Assembly (NCBI GenBank): GCA_047967505.1
Contig: CM106538.1
Source: Dipteris shenzhenensis
Lineage: Eukaryota
Direction: 5' to 3' (one strand)
Length of the DNA: 64,000 bases
Both the position numbers and the translations under genes were made by a program. The notes under the pieces were generated by a model that was not told the origin of the DNA, searched no databases, and saw only the letters and a program-made list of their open reading frames with translations. The number at the start of each line of letters is the position of its first letter. Position 1 is the stretch's first letter. Positions 38,114-50,036 of the stretch are shown here, piece by piece.

Positions 38114-40066
38114 ATGCTCTTCATTGAATTTTTTCATCTCAAACTTGGACATGAATATATGAGCTTCAAACTCGATGTACATGCTCTTGTACTTTTATTA
38201 TTTCAAAGGATCAAACATGTATGAAAAGGAAAAAAATATTGTCATTGGGAAAAACTATCTTTAAAGGTCGGTATGGGGAAAAACACTCTCTGTAAAACAT
38301 CACTATAAGAAACTATCTCAGTGTCGCTATATAAGAACCTTCTATAAGTCTAGTAAGTGTTGCTATATAGATAATTTGTATAAATGTCGCTATATAGCGA
38401 CACTTGCCTAGAGTCACTATATAGCGACACTTGACTAAACCTGCTTCGCTTACCAATGATTAGCACACTGCACACACTAAACGTCGGTGCTTAAGCATCG
38501 AAATAGGGCCCGTGTGTAGTAGTGGAAGTTGCTATGATGAAGGCAATTCCTTGAAAGACTTGAAAGAAAATGACCAACCATGTTGTAGGATGGGGAGCCA
38601 AGGGAAATGGGTCATTGTTGTTTCATGAGGCACTGGGAGAGAACTCAACTTGGTATTGAGCCTCTCATAATTGTGCACAACCTTCGGCACTGGGAAAGGA
38701 ACCTAAGTTGGTGATCAGCTCTAACACATTGAGAGCATGCGTCAGTGTGGTGGGGCTCACCACCATATTGAGTTCCCTATCCACTGTCAAATCTTGTGCT
38801 GGAGTGAGCTCACCTCCAAGTTGAGTTCCCTCTTCTAGATAGAAGTTGCTATAAAAAAGGTTATTTCAATTACCAAGTGCTCGTATTGTCCCCTGCATAT
38901 GAGGAGTTCTAGGTAAAAATTGTAAGAAAGTCCTACCTACAAGATAGCACCACGAGGTACTCATATTGTCACTTGCATACAAGACACCAGGTCAAAAGTG
39001 TAAGAAAGTGCTAATAAGGGCAAAAAGTGACACCCAGTCCTGCCACAGTGGTGGTGTGGATAAGTGCTTAAAGAATTGTCACAAAAACAAAGTGCTAGCA
39101 TCTTTGTATGTAATCTATTTTGTTAAATGTTTGCTTCAGATGTAATTTATTTTTTTTCAATTTGGATGTGATACTATTATCACAAAAACTATCGGTTGTA
39201 ATTTCTTAATGTAATTTCTTTTGTTTCAATTTCAATGTAGTACCATCATCACCAAAACTATTGTTGCTATTACTTCGATAGTGAAAGTAGCTCTAAAGAA
39301 GAAAAAATGGCATATTTCTTCCCTATGCAACCATAGGGGTCGTTGCACAAGCAATTGTTGAAAAAACTATTCTTACTATAGTGAAAATGGTTCCAATAAC
39401 TAGCGCGGTGGTTTTGAACTATGATAACTCCAATAACCAGCGTGGTGGTTGCAAGGAAACTATACTAAATTGTGAATGTCTACATTTTCCTTAGCTTGGA
39501 AGTAAAATAGCTCCAAGAACGTGTGCAGTGGTTGAGAAATTGTTGCACAAGGAGTAATACAACTAAAACATCTCCAAAATAACACTATTTTCCTTGGTTT
39601 AGAACTAAAATAGCTCCAACATCCAGTGCAGTGGTTATAGATATGGACCTTGAGGGGTCTTCGTATTGGACATGCCACGGTGGTCTTCATGCCAACATGG
39701 TGGTCTCTCTATGCCAACATCATTGCTTGAACCAGCACGGTGGTCAATGCAACAAAGGATTGTGTTGCGCAGTGATAGATGGTGAAGCTACATAATGACA
39801 GCTGGCAAGGCAAAAGTTTTGTGCTACAGTCAGGCCAACATGGTTGTGCTCAAACCAGTGCAACAAAAGATTGTGTTGCACAATGACAGATGGCAAAGCT
39901 ATGCAAGAAATCATGGCAAGGCAAAGGATGTGTGATGTAGTCAAGCAAGAGGCAAAGGAACAGTCTTTGTGCTCATGAGTAAATGCATATATTGCCATGT
40001 GCCAAGCTCTACGCTATTGACCATGATAAGATTGTGTCTCATTATTATGCCAGTGCACGTTCATGA

Positions 40067-41031
40067 TGTCGGGAAAATTTTTGGCGAGAGCATGGGTCTA
40101 CACAAAATTCATATATTCACCCAGAAGCGCATCGTGTCACGGCCCCAAAATGGCCTCGAAAATAGTTCTGTGATTGGCTACACCCAAGCAAACGTTGACC
40201 CTAGGATCAAAGAAAAGTGAAATAGGTTGGGAGGAGGAAGAGGTTGAGAGAAGGAGGAGGCAGCTCAGAGGAGGTTGAGAGGAGGAAGAGGCTATTAAGA
40301 TGAAGGTCTTGAGGCAATGGGGATAGTTTGGTGGGACTCCTGGGAGGTGCTTGGAGGGGGGACACTTTTGGAAAATTTTCATTATTTTGGAGTGAAAAAA
40401 ACTCACAAATTTTGAGGCTTACCAAAAGAGAGAGGAGGGTAGGGGGACCAGCCAAAAGCCAAGGGGAGCAAGGTAGGTCTCTTCACCAATGAGAGACCGA
40501 TATGGAATGCTCCTTTCTTCCAATCCTTCCCATTGTCTTGTTTGCTAATCAAAATCGTAAGGGTCTAATCCAAGAGGTCCTTTTGAGTTTGAAATTCCCC
40601 TAAAGGTATAGGTACATGGCTTGACATTTTTCATTGTATTCACATTGTCATTGTGTTGAGAAGATCATTATGATTGTATTAAGATCCACATTCTTTGTGT
40701 ATTCACGTTTTTTTTGTATTTAGGATTGACATGGTCATTGTAAATCATTGTATTCAATCTATTGAGGATTCATTGAACACTATTGCACATACAGTAGTAG
40801 GTGACATTGTGCACAAACGATGATAATTCAAAAGTAGATGATCAATCTCCTTGACACTTTCAACAAGAACGTTCTCTAATGCTCATTCCATTTGTAACCG
40901 TGTGAGTCTAAAGGAGGACAATCTAGTAAGATATGTCGCATAGGATGGAACCTTATCAAAGAGGATGTCTAGTGTGTTCTTCTTTATGTGTCTTTCATTT
41001 GTAAGTTAAAAATAATCTTCTTTTCCCAACA
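40067..41031. mobile_element. Probable solo LTR (~965 bp)
   Basis: Ends TGTCGGGAAAA...TTTTCCCAACA. The flanks CATGA and CACAA are consistent with a CACGA TSD after CpG decay. Confidence 0.6.
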
Positions 41032-41067
41032 CACAATTATACTATTTCTTTTTATCTATTGTAAGAA

Positions 41068-41322
41068 CTCGGGGGGTTCACCCACAAAATTTTAGTATAC
41101 TACGTGCATTCAAAAGGAGGGGTATTTTAATGGAACTTTTGGAAAAATTTAACAGATTTACAATAACAGGAGGGGTTTTTTAACTCAAATTGAGAAAAAA
41201 ATCCATTAGTTCATAAGTAAAGAGGGGTATCTTTATTGGGTAAAAACATTTAGTTGAGGGGTTTTTTAAATACCATTTGAATGCACGTGATACCTAGGGT
41301 TCTTAGTAGTACACCCCCCGAG
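41068..41322. mobile_element. MITE, copy 3
   Basis: TIR CTCGGGGGG...CCCCCCGAG and TSD TGTAAGAA/TGTAAGAC (7 of 8 match). Confidence 0.85.
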
Positions 41323-41595
41323 TGTAAGACTTACCTTTGTGCTCAGCCCATGCGATATCCAATGATGATTCTTTTATCTTTGATTCACTCAGATCATTGT
41401 CAAATGAAGATTTTTTAGCATGCATGTCCCCAAACCATAACTGCACTTTGGCAATTGGTTATTCAAGTCCAATACTCCCAATCTAACATGCTAATAAGCT
41501 CACAAGTTTGGGCTTCCTACCGAGCATTGTCTTGTGCCATTGGATACTCTTCATCGAATCATTTGGAAATTACGTAACATATTTGTGCCTCTATT

Positions 41596-41606
41596 CTTCT
41601 CTCTCT

Positions 41607-41673
<67 letters not shown>
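41596..41673. repeat. Compound microsatellite (CT)n(CA)n
   Basis: Seen directly in the sequence. Confidence 0.95.
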
Positions 41674-44600
41674 TAGTAGTAATCCCATGTGGCTCTTGTG
41701 CCTGAGAGCATAAGTGCCCAGCACAACTTTACGGGCCAAGCCTTGGTGTGGGGCTAATGATAGGAGAGGATAATTACCTCTGAAATCCAAAGTGGTTCCA
41801 AATGAATCAAATGGGTCTTTATATAAAAGTAGTGGTATTAGTACCACCAACAATAATCACAATACCATTCATAATGAACAATTATTGACAATTGAGCTAC
41901 TTTTACCGACAATACATTGATTAGTACATTGATAACATTGATAATAGCATCGAGTAAACTTTCATCAAATTTCCACTCGATACTACTATTATTGTCATTA
42001 GTATAGACTTTTTTGATGGTTTGATAGGTTATTGATGGTATCTTTACTATTTGCCGACATTGCCATTTTACAAGCGGTATATAGCTGATTTCCCATTTAG
42101 TAAGGCCGACAAGATTTCTTCATCATTACATGTGTGATTTCATGAAAAGATGGTCACGAAGGCAAATCTCGCAAAAAATTGTATGATTACATAAATATGT
42201 AGTCCTGTTTATATAGAAAAAGGGTCATTTTAAAGCCTTACGATTTACATATAAGGAATTTTGATAATACCCCATGGACACACATCATATGTGGGATTTT
42301 TTAGATGTGAGCACCATCTTGTATTTTCATATAAAACTATCATCAAGCACTGGCATAAATATCAACATAGATACCAATGGCAATACCAATGAAAAATTCC
42401 ATTTATACTTTTTCGAGGGTCTCTTATATTTTTTGACGCTTCATCATTTGGACCCAAAAATCTATGTGTGGGCAAATCGTAGCAAGAAAGCAATGGAAAT
42501 AGGCCCATGGGTAGTAGTGAATTGTTATTTGTCATCATTATTATACCCATCCTAGACCAAGTGGGGTTTAGAATGGGAACAAATACTTTTTCTCTCATCG
42601 TGAACGCCCATGGAAGATGGTATCAAGAGAATGGAAACTAGAAGGGGAACAATACTTTTAGGGATTGTAAAACCTGGCACATAAAATGATGCTTTGTGTA
42701 CTTTCCCTCCCATGATCTCCATGCTAGCATATCTTTGGCTAATTCTTTGATTCTTGGATAGGAAAAAAGTCCTCTATTTAGAAAAGTTGAGAGTTCCTTA
42801 ACAGCGGAAGAATACTTTATCCTATCCTCAAAGAAACATCCAAGAAGGTCATGCCACGACTACATAATCTGTCCATCTATATTTGTACGATATTCTCACC
42901 ATTGCAGATATAATATATGGGTGGCATAGTGAAAAGAGTTGTGTGCTTGATTCCATCGTTTTCGCACCATCGTTTTCGCACCCATAAAAGAATTTATGGG
43001 TGGCATAGGCTCTCTTGTAGTACATTCTTACAAGATAACATTTCAAAATGCTTCTAGCTTCAAATTTATGTCAATCGTTTACTCTTGGCTGGTATAGGAT
43101 GGAAAGTGTTTTAGTACTTTGGGCTACCTGAAGAACAAACATTGTCACAAGTTGGATGATAAATTTGATCTTAGGATGAGCTTGTATTGTTACTCTTATG
43201 TTGTTAATATGATACAGCACTAGTAGTTTAAAAATACAGTTGTAAAAGATTAGACTTTGGAAAAATATTTTGCAAATGAATTTGAAGGATATTCACTACC
43301 CTTGAACAGTTTTACGGTTTGTATACTTTATAGTATCTAAATTGTTATTTGGTTTATTTATTTTTTAATTGTGTCCTATGAAATGATAAAACGTTGTAGC
43401 TTCTGGTATGAATGTTTATGAAAGATTTTTAAATGCTTGAGAATATTTCATAAGAATTCGAAATAAAAATTCTAACAAAAGGTAAAATTCGCTAATGGTT
43501 TGAAACTTTAAAAGATAAGCTATGAAAAAATTTGTGAGTATATTATAAATAAATTGCATTATCATACATACAATAAAAACTTTTGGGTGTGTGAGTGCCT
43601 CTCAATAAAAATGTTTGTTCTTTTGTAAAAATGGCAAATTTACATAATACATTTAGTTATGTTCTCAATTACATTATGGTAGAAAATGGCTAAAAGATTC
43701 AGTTGTTGTGAGCATAAGAAAACTAAGTTGGGTAACTTTTTATGCTGTGAAGAAATATAAAAATTTTGCACTTTTTTAAATTCATAATAATAATTTATTC
43801 AAAATTGGAACTTTTATATATTTTTTTTTTCATAGTGATATCATGCAACACTTTTTTGAAAAGTTATTTAAAACTCTTAATTTTTAAATACCAGAAAGGG
43901 AATGTTCCATTTGTTTCTAATTTCTATTGAATGTTACTGACTTCATATGTAATAATGTTATTGGCCGGCTATCACATGATATAGGCTTACAAATGCACAC
44001 TTCTATAGTTGTGTTTATATAGTAGCAAATTTGAATGTAGTCATAGCATGTATGTATCTATTTATCATGCAAACACTTTTGCCCTCTAGTGCCCTTTATT
44101 AGCACTGGCTCTCCTAGAGACAGTGCTTTAGGATTGAGTTGAGTGGGAGTTTTGTGATTATTCTTAGTTTTCAAGGAATTTTTATTAAGATTAATTTCTA
44201 AAATTCTTAACGTCTACTTTTAATGGTTGTCGGGATTTCAACTTTTAGCTTGTGTGTGGTTGTTGGCTTTTCATCAGCTTGTGTGTGCTTTTTACCCGCC
44301 TCCAACATGGCTATAAATCAATTCAGGGGCTCCACTCTCCCTCCATGCTTGAGCTCTCCCTAGAACGATTGCCTTGGCTTCCTCCAGCTACAAGTCTTCA
44401 AGTCACTTCAAGATTTCTGATCGCTCAGCCAAGTTTCACGTGTTCGTTTGTGAGCAAGGCGCTAAAGTTAGTTCGCCTGTTAACTGTTGAAGCCGTTTTC
44501 TGGGAAAAAATTTTGCTATCCAGAAAGCCGTTTGCCAGAAAAGGAAGTTCGCCAGTAAAAAAAAAATATGTTTTCCTATTCAAAGGGCTTCATGTCTGCC

Positions 44601-45151
44601 TGACGGTATTTATGCCTGCTGGTGAAAAGATTGTTGTGTACTAGATCTGTTTATAAAAATAAAGCAAAAAAACCCCCAGAAAGTTGACATACAAACTTTG
44701 CAAGTATCATTCATAAAGCCTTCAACGAAAAATAACATCGATTTACCTGCCAGTTTTAATTTATAGTTTTTTTTTTTTTAAGGCAATGGCTTTGCATTTA
44801 AGTGTGAGCATGCAAATAACTATAGAACCTTGGCAAATCCTAATGGATCTTGAAAGTCCTCAAAGCATTTCTTTTTTATTATTTCTTACTAAACAATTGA
44901 TAGTGTCTAAAGACTCTTAAAACCCACAAGTTGGAGCCAAGTGCTATAGTGCATACATGCACCCTTGTTAGACTTGACTCCAATCTTATTAGCTTGATAC
45001 TAATCTATAGACATTAGTAGCAAGTTTCTCTTATGTCTTATAGATAGCTACACTTCTTGATAGACTAAGTATTCCCTAAAGAGTTCATGTTGGAAAGGAG
45101 AAGAGAGTCCAACATATTCTAGATTTTCAATAGTTTGTGGAGTGTCTAAGG

Positions 45152-47113
45152 TCAAGGGGCCAGCTGTTTGCCCTTGTCCTTTAGGAGGAAAGAGCGATAG
45201 TGTCCCAAAGCACTCAAGGGGAAATACACGGGGTAGAGGTGGTATTTCATGTAGAAGTAGCCAGGGAAACCTGTCCCAGTGAAGCAAGCCTCTCTCCACG
45301 ACCCATCTTCACATTGAGTCCTCAAGAGATAGCCCACACCAGCCTCGAGAGGCTCCCTCTCATACCTCCCCATTCCATCCCCTACAGCCAGGAGCCCCTC
45401 TATGCCCCATGCACTTTGTGAGGCTGTGGCACACTCGTTGTGCCCTTTGAGAGACACATCCTGGTAACTCCAGCAAGTCTCTCCCCACCCCCCGTCCCTT
45501 GCTTTGTTGTTTTTTTGGGCTTCCACCAGCCATTTGGCCCCTCGCTCCATCTCTGATCGATGTGCCTCTGGTGCTACCACAGACAAGGCAGCTAGCACTC
45601 GGCTCGTGCCGTAGATGTAGTTCACTCCCCATCTCCCAAACCAGCACCCTTCCCTCTCTTGCTCCTTGCGCAGATACGCCAGACCGCGTTTGATACAACT
45701 TGCTGGGAGTTGCTCTAGCTCGGGGTGCATCTTCAGCCTTCCCGCCATCTCCAGAACCCCCGCCGTTACGTCTGCAGTATTGGGGTCCGTCATCGCCTTT
45801 AGGTCACCGTAGGGCGTCTCGTTCAGCCAATTCTGATCGTTATCCCGATCATATGCCCCCCAACCACCTGCTTTGCACTGCAAGCTGCTTATCCAATCCA
45901 CTGCACGGGCGATGGCAGAACGCTTTGCGGGCTCGTTTGGAAGCTGAACGTCAGCCAGGGCCATCACTACACATGAAGTATCGTCGACATCGGGGTACCA
46001 GCGATTTTCGAACTGAAATGACCAGGCTCCAGCCCGGCTGCCTGCCATGCTTTTCACACGCCAGTCGCCCTCGGCCTGCAAAACCTGCATTTTCAGAAGC
46101 CATTGTCCAGCGCGCTGTAGGGCAGGGTGATGAGGAGCAAGTCCTGACTGCACTAGAGCGCGCATGGCCAGGGCAGTATCCCACACGCAAGACGTGCACG
46201 CCTGCATCCAGTAGTGTGTCTTCGTTTCCAGAGAAATGTTTCTAAGAGTCTCAAGAGCACGCTGGACTATGGGATCCGAAACGCTGTAATCCAGCACCTT
46301 GAGCGCCAGCAGAGTAAAATAAGTAGAAATAAACAAACCACCAAAGCCACCCGAGGTATCCTGCCGTCGGAGCAACCAGTTCTCTGCCGCTGCCAGACCT
46401 TTCTTTCGGAAGGGTACCAATTTGAAGCTCTCCGCAAGCTTGAAAGCACGATCGACGACAGTGAACAAATCTGTCCAATCTCCACGCCAGGGTCGCGAAT
46501 ACTGGGCTTCTTTCCGTGATCCCTCAACGTAAAGCTCATCCAGAGTGATAGCAGGGTCCGTTCGAAAGACGGGTCTTCGATCGAAAACGATAATCAAAGC
46601 GACGGTGCAAGACCGCGCCCAATAAGACATTTCGTAGATGTTGAATGGAATCCAGTTGGGAACTAACATCAGCCAAGGCGGGAGCGATGGAAGGCCACGC
46701 CAGTCGTAGCAGCCTAACAAAGCCAGGTTCATCTTCGTGAAAACACGAGTCTTGCTGATGCCACCTTTCTGGAGAATGAATTGCCGTGCGTTCTGAAGGG
46801 CTGGATCGGAGGCCGAGACATTCAACAGGCGGAGCGCCAAGTAGGCCTCCACCGAAGAACACAAGTGACCACCATCTCCGTAGAAAAGCTCCCAGCCCCC
46901 GTGTTCACACTGATGCTCTCGCAGATAGGTCTCCATCTTGTGCATCGGATGCGTGTCGTCTGTGCGAAGCAGTTTATACAGCATAACGGCTTCGGCTGTT
47001 TGGGTTACATTGCACTCTACTTCGGCGGACCAGTACCCTTCCGGATACTGAACTGACAAAAGATACTCTTGGGCCCGCTTGATGGCCTCCTCCAAGTTTG
47101 TTTGAGTGCTCAT
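45152..47113 (-). CDS. shc: Squalene-hopene cyclase family triterpene synthase (cyanobacterial type), 653 aa, no coding intron
   Basis: Catalytic YPDVDDT, several QW repeats, WFGRWGVNYIYGT, FTGTGFPG, and the PYGDLKAM and GGISKTRVFTK segments typical of cyanobacterial SHC. The frame is full length and open. Confidence 0.97.
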   Translation of the reverse strand: MSTQTNLEEAIKRAQEYLLSVQYPEGYWSAEVECNVTQTAEAVMLYKLLRTDDTHPMHKMETYLREHQCEHGGWELFYGDGGHLCSSVEAYLALRLLNVSASDPALQNARQFILQKGGISKTRVFTKMNLALLGCYDWRGLPSLPPWLMLVPNWIPFNIYEMSYWARSCTVALIIVFDRRPVFRTDPAITLDELYVEGSRKEAQYSRPWRGDWTDLFTVVDRAFKLAESFKLVPFRKKGLAAAENWLLRRQDTSGGFGGLFISTYFTLLALKVLDYSVSDPIVQRALETLRNISLETKTHYWMQACTSCVWDTALAMRALVQSGLAPHHPALQRAGQWLLKMQVLQAEGDWRVKSMAGSRAGAWSFQFENRWYPDVDDTSCVVMALADVQLPNEPAKRSAIARAVDWISSLQCKAGGWGAYDRDNDQNWLNETPYGDLKAMTDPNTADVTAGVLEMAGRLKMHPELEQLPASCIKRGLAYLRKEQEREGCWFGRWGVNYIYGTSRVLAALSVVAPEAHRSEMERGAKWLVEAQKNNKARDGGWGETCWSYQDVSLKGHNECATASQSAWGIEGLLAVGDGMGRYEREPLEAGVGYLLRTQCEDGSWREACFTGTGFPGYFYMKYHLYPVYFPLSALGHYRSFLLKDKGKQLAP

Positions 47114-47118
47114 AGTTC

Positions 47119-47355
47119 CTAGGACAGCATAAAATTTCTGTGATTAGCCCAGGTTACAGTACGTTTTCTACGTAAAAAGTGTTATATAGAACACAAATCC
47201 AAAGACAACTGCACGAGCGATTGTTTGCAAACCTTGTACCTTCACTTGGTCAGTTATAGCTGGTGCAATATGATCTCTGCGCTTGGAAGAGTACTAAGGT
47301 CCAACTATCAAGCTCCAAAGATCTCGAAATTTTGAAAATCAAGCAAGGGACTCAC
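47119..47355 (-). other. Putative 5'-UTR intron of the SHC gene
   Basis: Donor G|GTGAGT at 47355, branch-like GCTAAT at ~47143-47148, and acceptor TAG 5 nt before the ATG. Confidence 0.55.
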
Positions 47356-48288
47356 CACTCAAATGTTTCGAACAGATCGTTTACGCAGAGGGCGTAGGGG
47401 GCGATGGAAGAATACGTGCCACGGTGCTACCATATAGTCTTCAAGTTCACAGTGCAAACGTCATTAGTTCAAAAAAGTTGATGGACGGTGCATAAATCCG
47501 GTGACAAAGAGTTCACCGGGTACAATCGGGAGTTTTTGTGGTCCCGGACCCTGGTATATCTTGTGATATGGTGGGTTTTTGGAATTTAAAAAATGACGCG
47601 AGTATATCTTGGGATATGGTGGCTCTCTAGAAATTCCAAAATGTCATTTCATGTTGTAAATCTACGGCCGCATTGGGCACATGCAAGTGCTCAGCACTTC
47701 CACCTTACACCTGGAAGATTCTTGGTTGTGAAATTAAGGAGGGAAAAGCCCAATGTTGGCTTTTCCCGTACATCGAGGGCCCCACGGGAAGCTTGTTGAT
47801 GGAGACACACAAGCCAATCATTTTGTGACAAGCTAGCTTTCCGTGCATTTTCTAGGTTTGATGGAGACTTGCACACACCTTCCAGCTTTGATGGAGACGC
47901 ACAGATATCTTCCAACTTCGATGTGATAGGCAAGCGTGTCGATTTGATCTTCTTGAAATGAAGAGCCGTATATCGTACGGTGGAGGTTCATTTATTTCTG
48001 ACCGCGGACCTTGATGTTAATGACACACATTGTAGTTGTTGGTTTATCACACTCTTTTTCTTTTCTTTTAAACTCTCCCAACAACTCTGGCAACGATGAT
48101 GTATCTAGGGCTATGCACACAATAGGCCATCCTAAGTGGCTTCCAATATTCAAATCTCAAAGGGGACGTTTCTAGCCAGAGTTGTTTCTATAACATTTCT
48201 AGCCAGAGTTGTTTCTAGCCAATTGAAACTAAAATATAATGTGGTAGTTTCACATACCTCCCTAGTAAATGATCCTAGCTCTGGCCTC

Positions 48289-48518
48289 CAAGGGTCTACA
48301 TGCCACATGGAAGGAAATATATATGATGGGAATGGGAAGATCCATATTCATTAATGGTTTGTATCCTATTTCCATCCCACCATGTGCTAGCGTTAAAAGA
48401 AGGGTCTACATGCCACATGGAAGGAAATATATATGATGGGAATGGGTAGACATGGTCGCATCCATATTCAATGATTTGTATCCTATCTCCATCCCACCAT
48501 GTGCTAGTGTTAAAAGAA
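48289..48518. repeat. ~111-bp tandem duplication
   Basis: AAGGGTCTACATGCCACATGGAAGGAAATATATATGATGGGAATGGG occurs twice. Confidence 0.9.
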
Positions 48519-50036
48519 ATTGAGGATGCCTTAGGTGGTCCACCCCTCATTTGCAAGCCTTGGCCATGAAGGTGTTGTCACAACCTTGTAGCAACTCCTC
48601 TAGCAAATGAAGTTGGAGTAACTACAAGTTTGTGCATTTCGTCACGATGAACTGCTTGACATCAGAAAGATCAGAGAAGCTGGTTTACCCTTATGTGAAT
48701 GGTAGGGTGTCAAACGATGTGAAAGGGGTGTACAGTGATGGTGATATGCCAAAGTGGGTACACACAGATCTTCCAGGTCCCTTCCATGATGCCCCTATAC
48801 TTACACACCCTGAACCAAATTCTAGTGACTCAGAAGAAGAGACATTGTTGTGATGCATGGTTGTGTTAGATAAATTTACAATTGGCGGTAAAATGCAAAT
48901 GAGACATTGCAATTAAAATGTTACAATTCTTTTAAAATGCAATCCTTTTAAAATGCAATTCTTTTAAAATACAAATTTATTCAAAATGCAATTTATTTGA
49001 TAGGTAATTCATCATGTATATCGTGTTTGTTGGAGGCTGGAGCAATGTGCGCTAGCGATTGATGAAGTTATAAATCTGTGAATCTTTCCAAGCACGCTTT
49101 GCATAGGGAGCTTAAACCCCATCAAAGTGTGCATGAAAGATTTATAATTTCAGGAATGGCTAATTTTGTGACAATTTACATTTCACCAAACATCACAATT
49201 TACATTTCACCAAACATGACAACGGCTTGTGGTCATATTACATAAGTTCAAAGTGTACACAAGCTAACTTTTAGATTTTGGGCAAAGTATACATGTGCTC
49301 TGTTTGCAAAATTTATAATTACATTTGAGGTGTCCAAAAGATTACAAGTGATGCCCATTTTCCAAATATTTAAAGAACCAAAAAATCATCCCATTTGACA
49401 CTTCTATGAGGGTGTGTTGATTCGGAGGTCCACATGGACATATGGGACCTCTAATCTTTGCAACCAAGGATCCGGTAAAAATTTTGCTCCAATGCCAAGA
49501 ACGCCATACAATTGCTTGGCTTGAGGATCATTACAGGCTGGACATGCACTCCTAAGCTTTAACATTTTTGCCAAAATACCAAGTGAAATCGATGGTGGCA
49601 TGAGAGCGATAGTATCCAATCGTCGTATCAAAGTGATTATGGCATATTGGACATAAAGGCCCATCATCCACAAAGGTAATACACATCAAAAGGGTGGAGG
49701 GATTTCTGGCACCCAAGCCCATAAAATTAGGATCCAAGCTATAAACACAGCCTCCATCTTCAATGTGTTGGAGTGAAGCTTGTGCATCTCGTGCTTGCTG
49801 AGAATACGCAGCAGATATGTGGCATTGCTCCTTGTAGGTATTTTGGAGGTCTTGCCTCTGTTTGGTCTGTTGGAGCATTGCATTCAAGTGATTCACTTCA
49901 GTAAGAAGCCGCTCGTTCTCACTCGTCCCTGTCGATATTCAGACATAGTTCACACACTATGATGCTTGGAAATGTGACATCTTCCCGCAATGCACTTTGT
50001 GGCGTAGGCTGTGGACCCTCTGCACCGTCTCCCCCC

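Larger units (their letters stand above)
31640..38524. mobile_element. CACTA element 2 (internally deleted; left terminus not found)
   Basis: Right end TGTAGTAGTG at 38524. TCGCTATATAGCGA-type repeats at 31680-31760, 36305-36440 and 38300-38430. Divergent TnpA-like (minus) and TnpD (plus) relics. Confidence 0.8.

Noticed and set aside
42270-43130. Possible decayed gene fragment on the minus strand
   Set aside because: The frames are broken and contain no motif I can recognise, so I cannot support a call.
44252-44644. 130-aa ORF downstream of SHC
   Set aside because: Non-ATG start and no recognisable domain; likely a chance ORF.
45152-47113. Bacterial contaminant or hopanoid (hpn) operon
   Set aside because: There are no neighbouring bacterial genes, and the flanks are AT-rich plant-type DNA and TEs.
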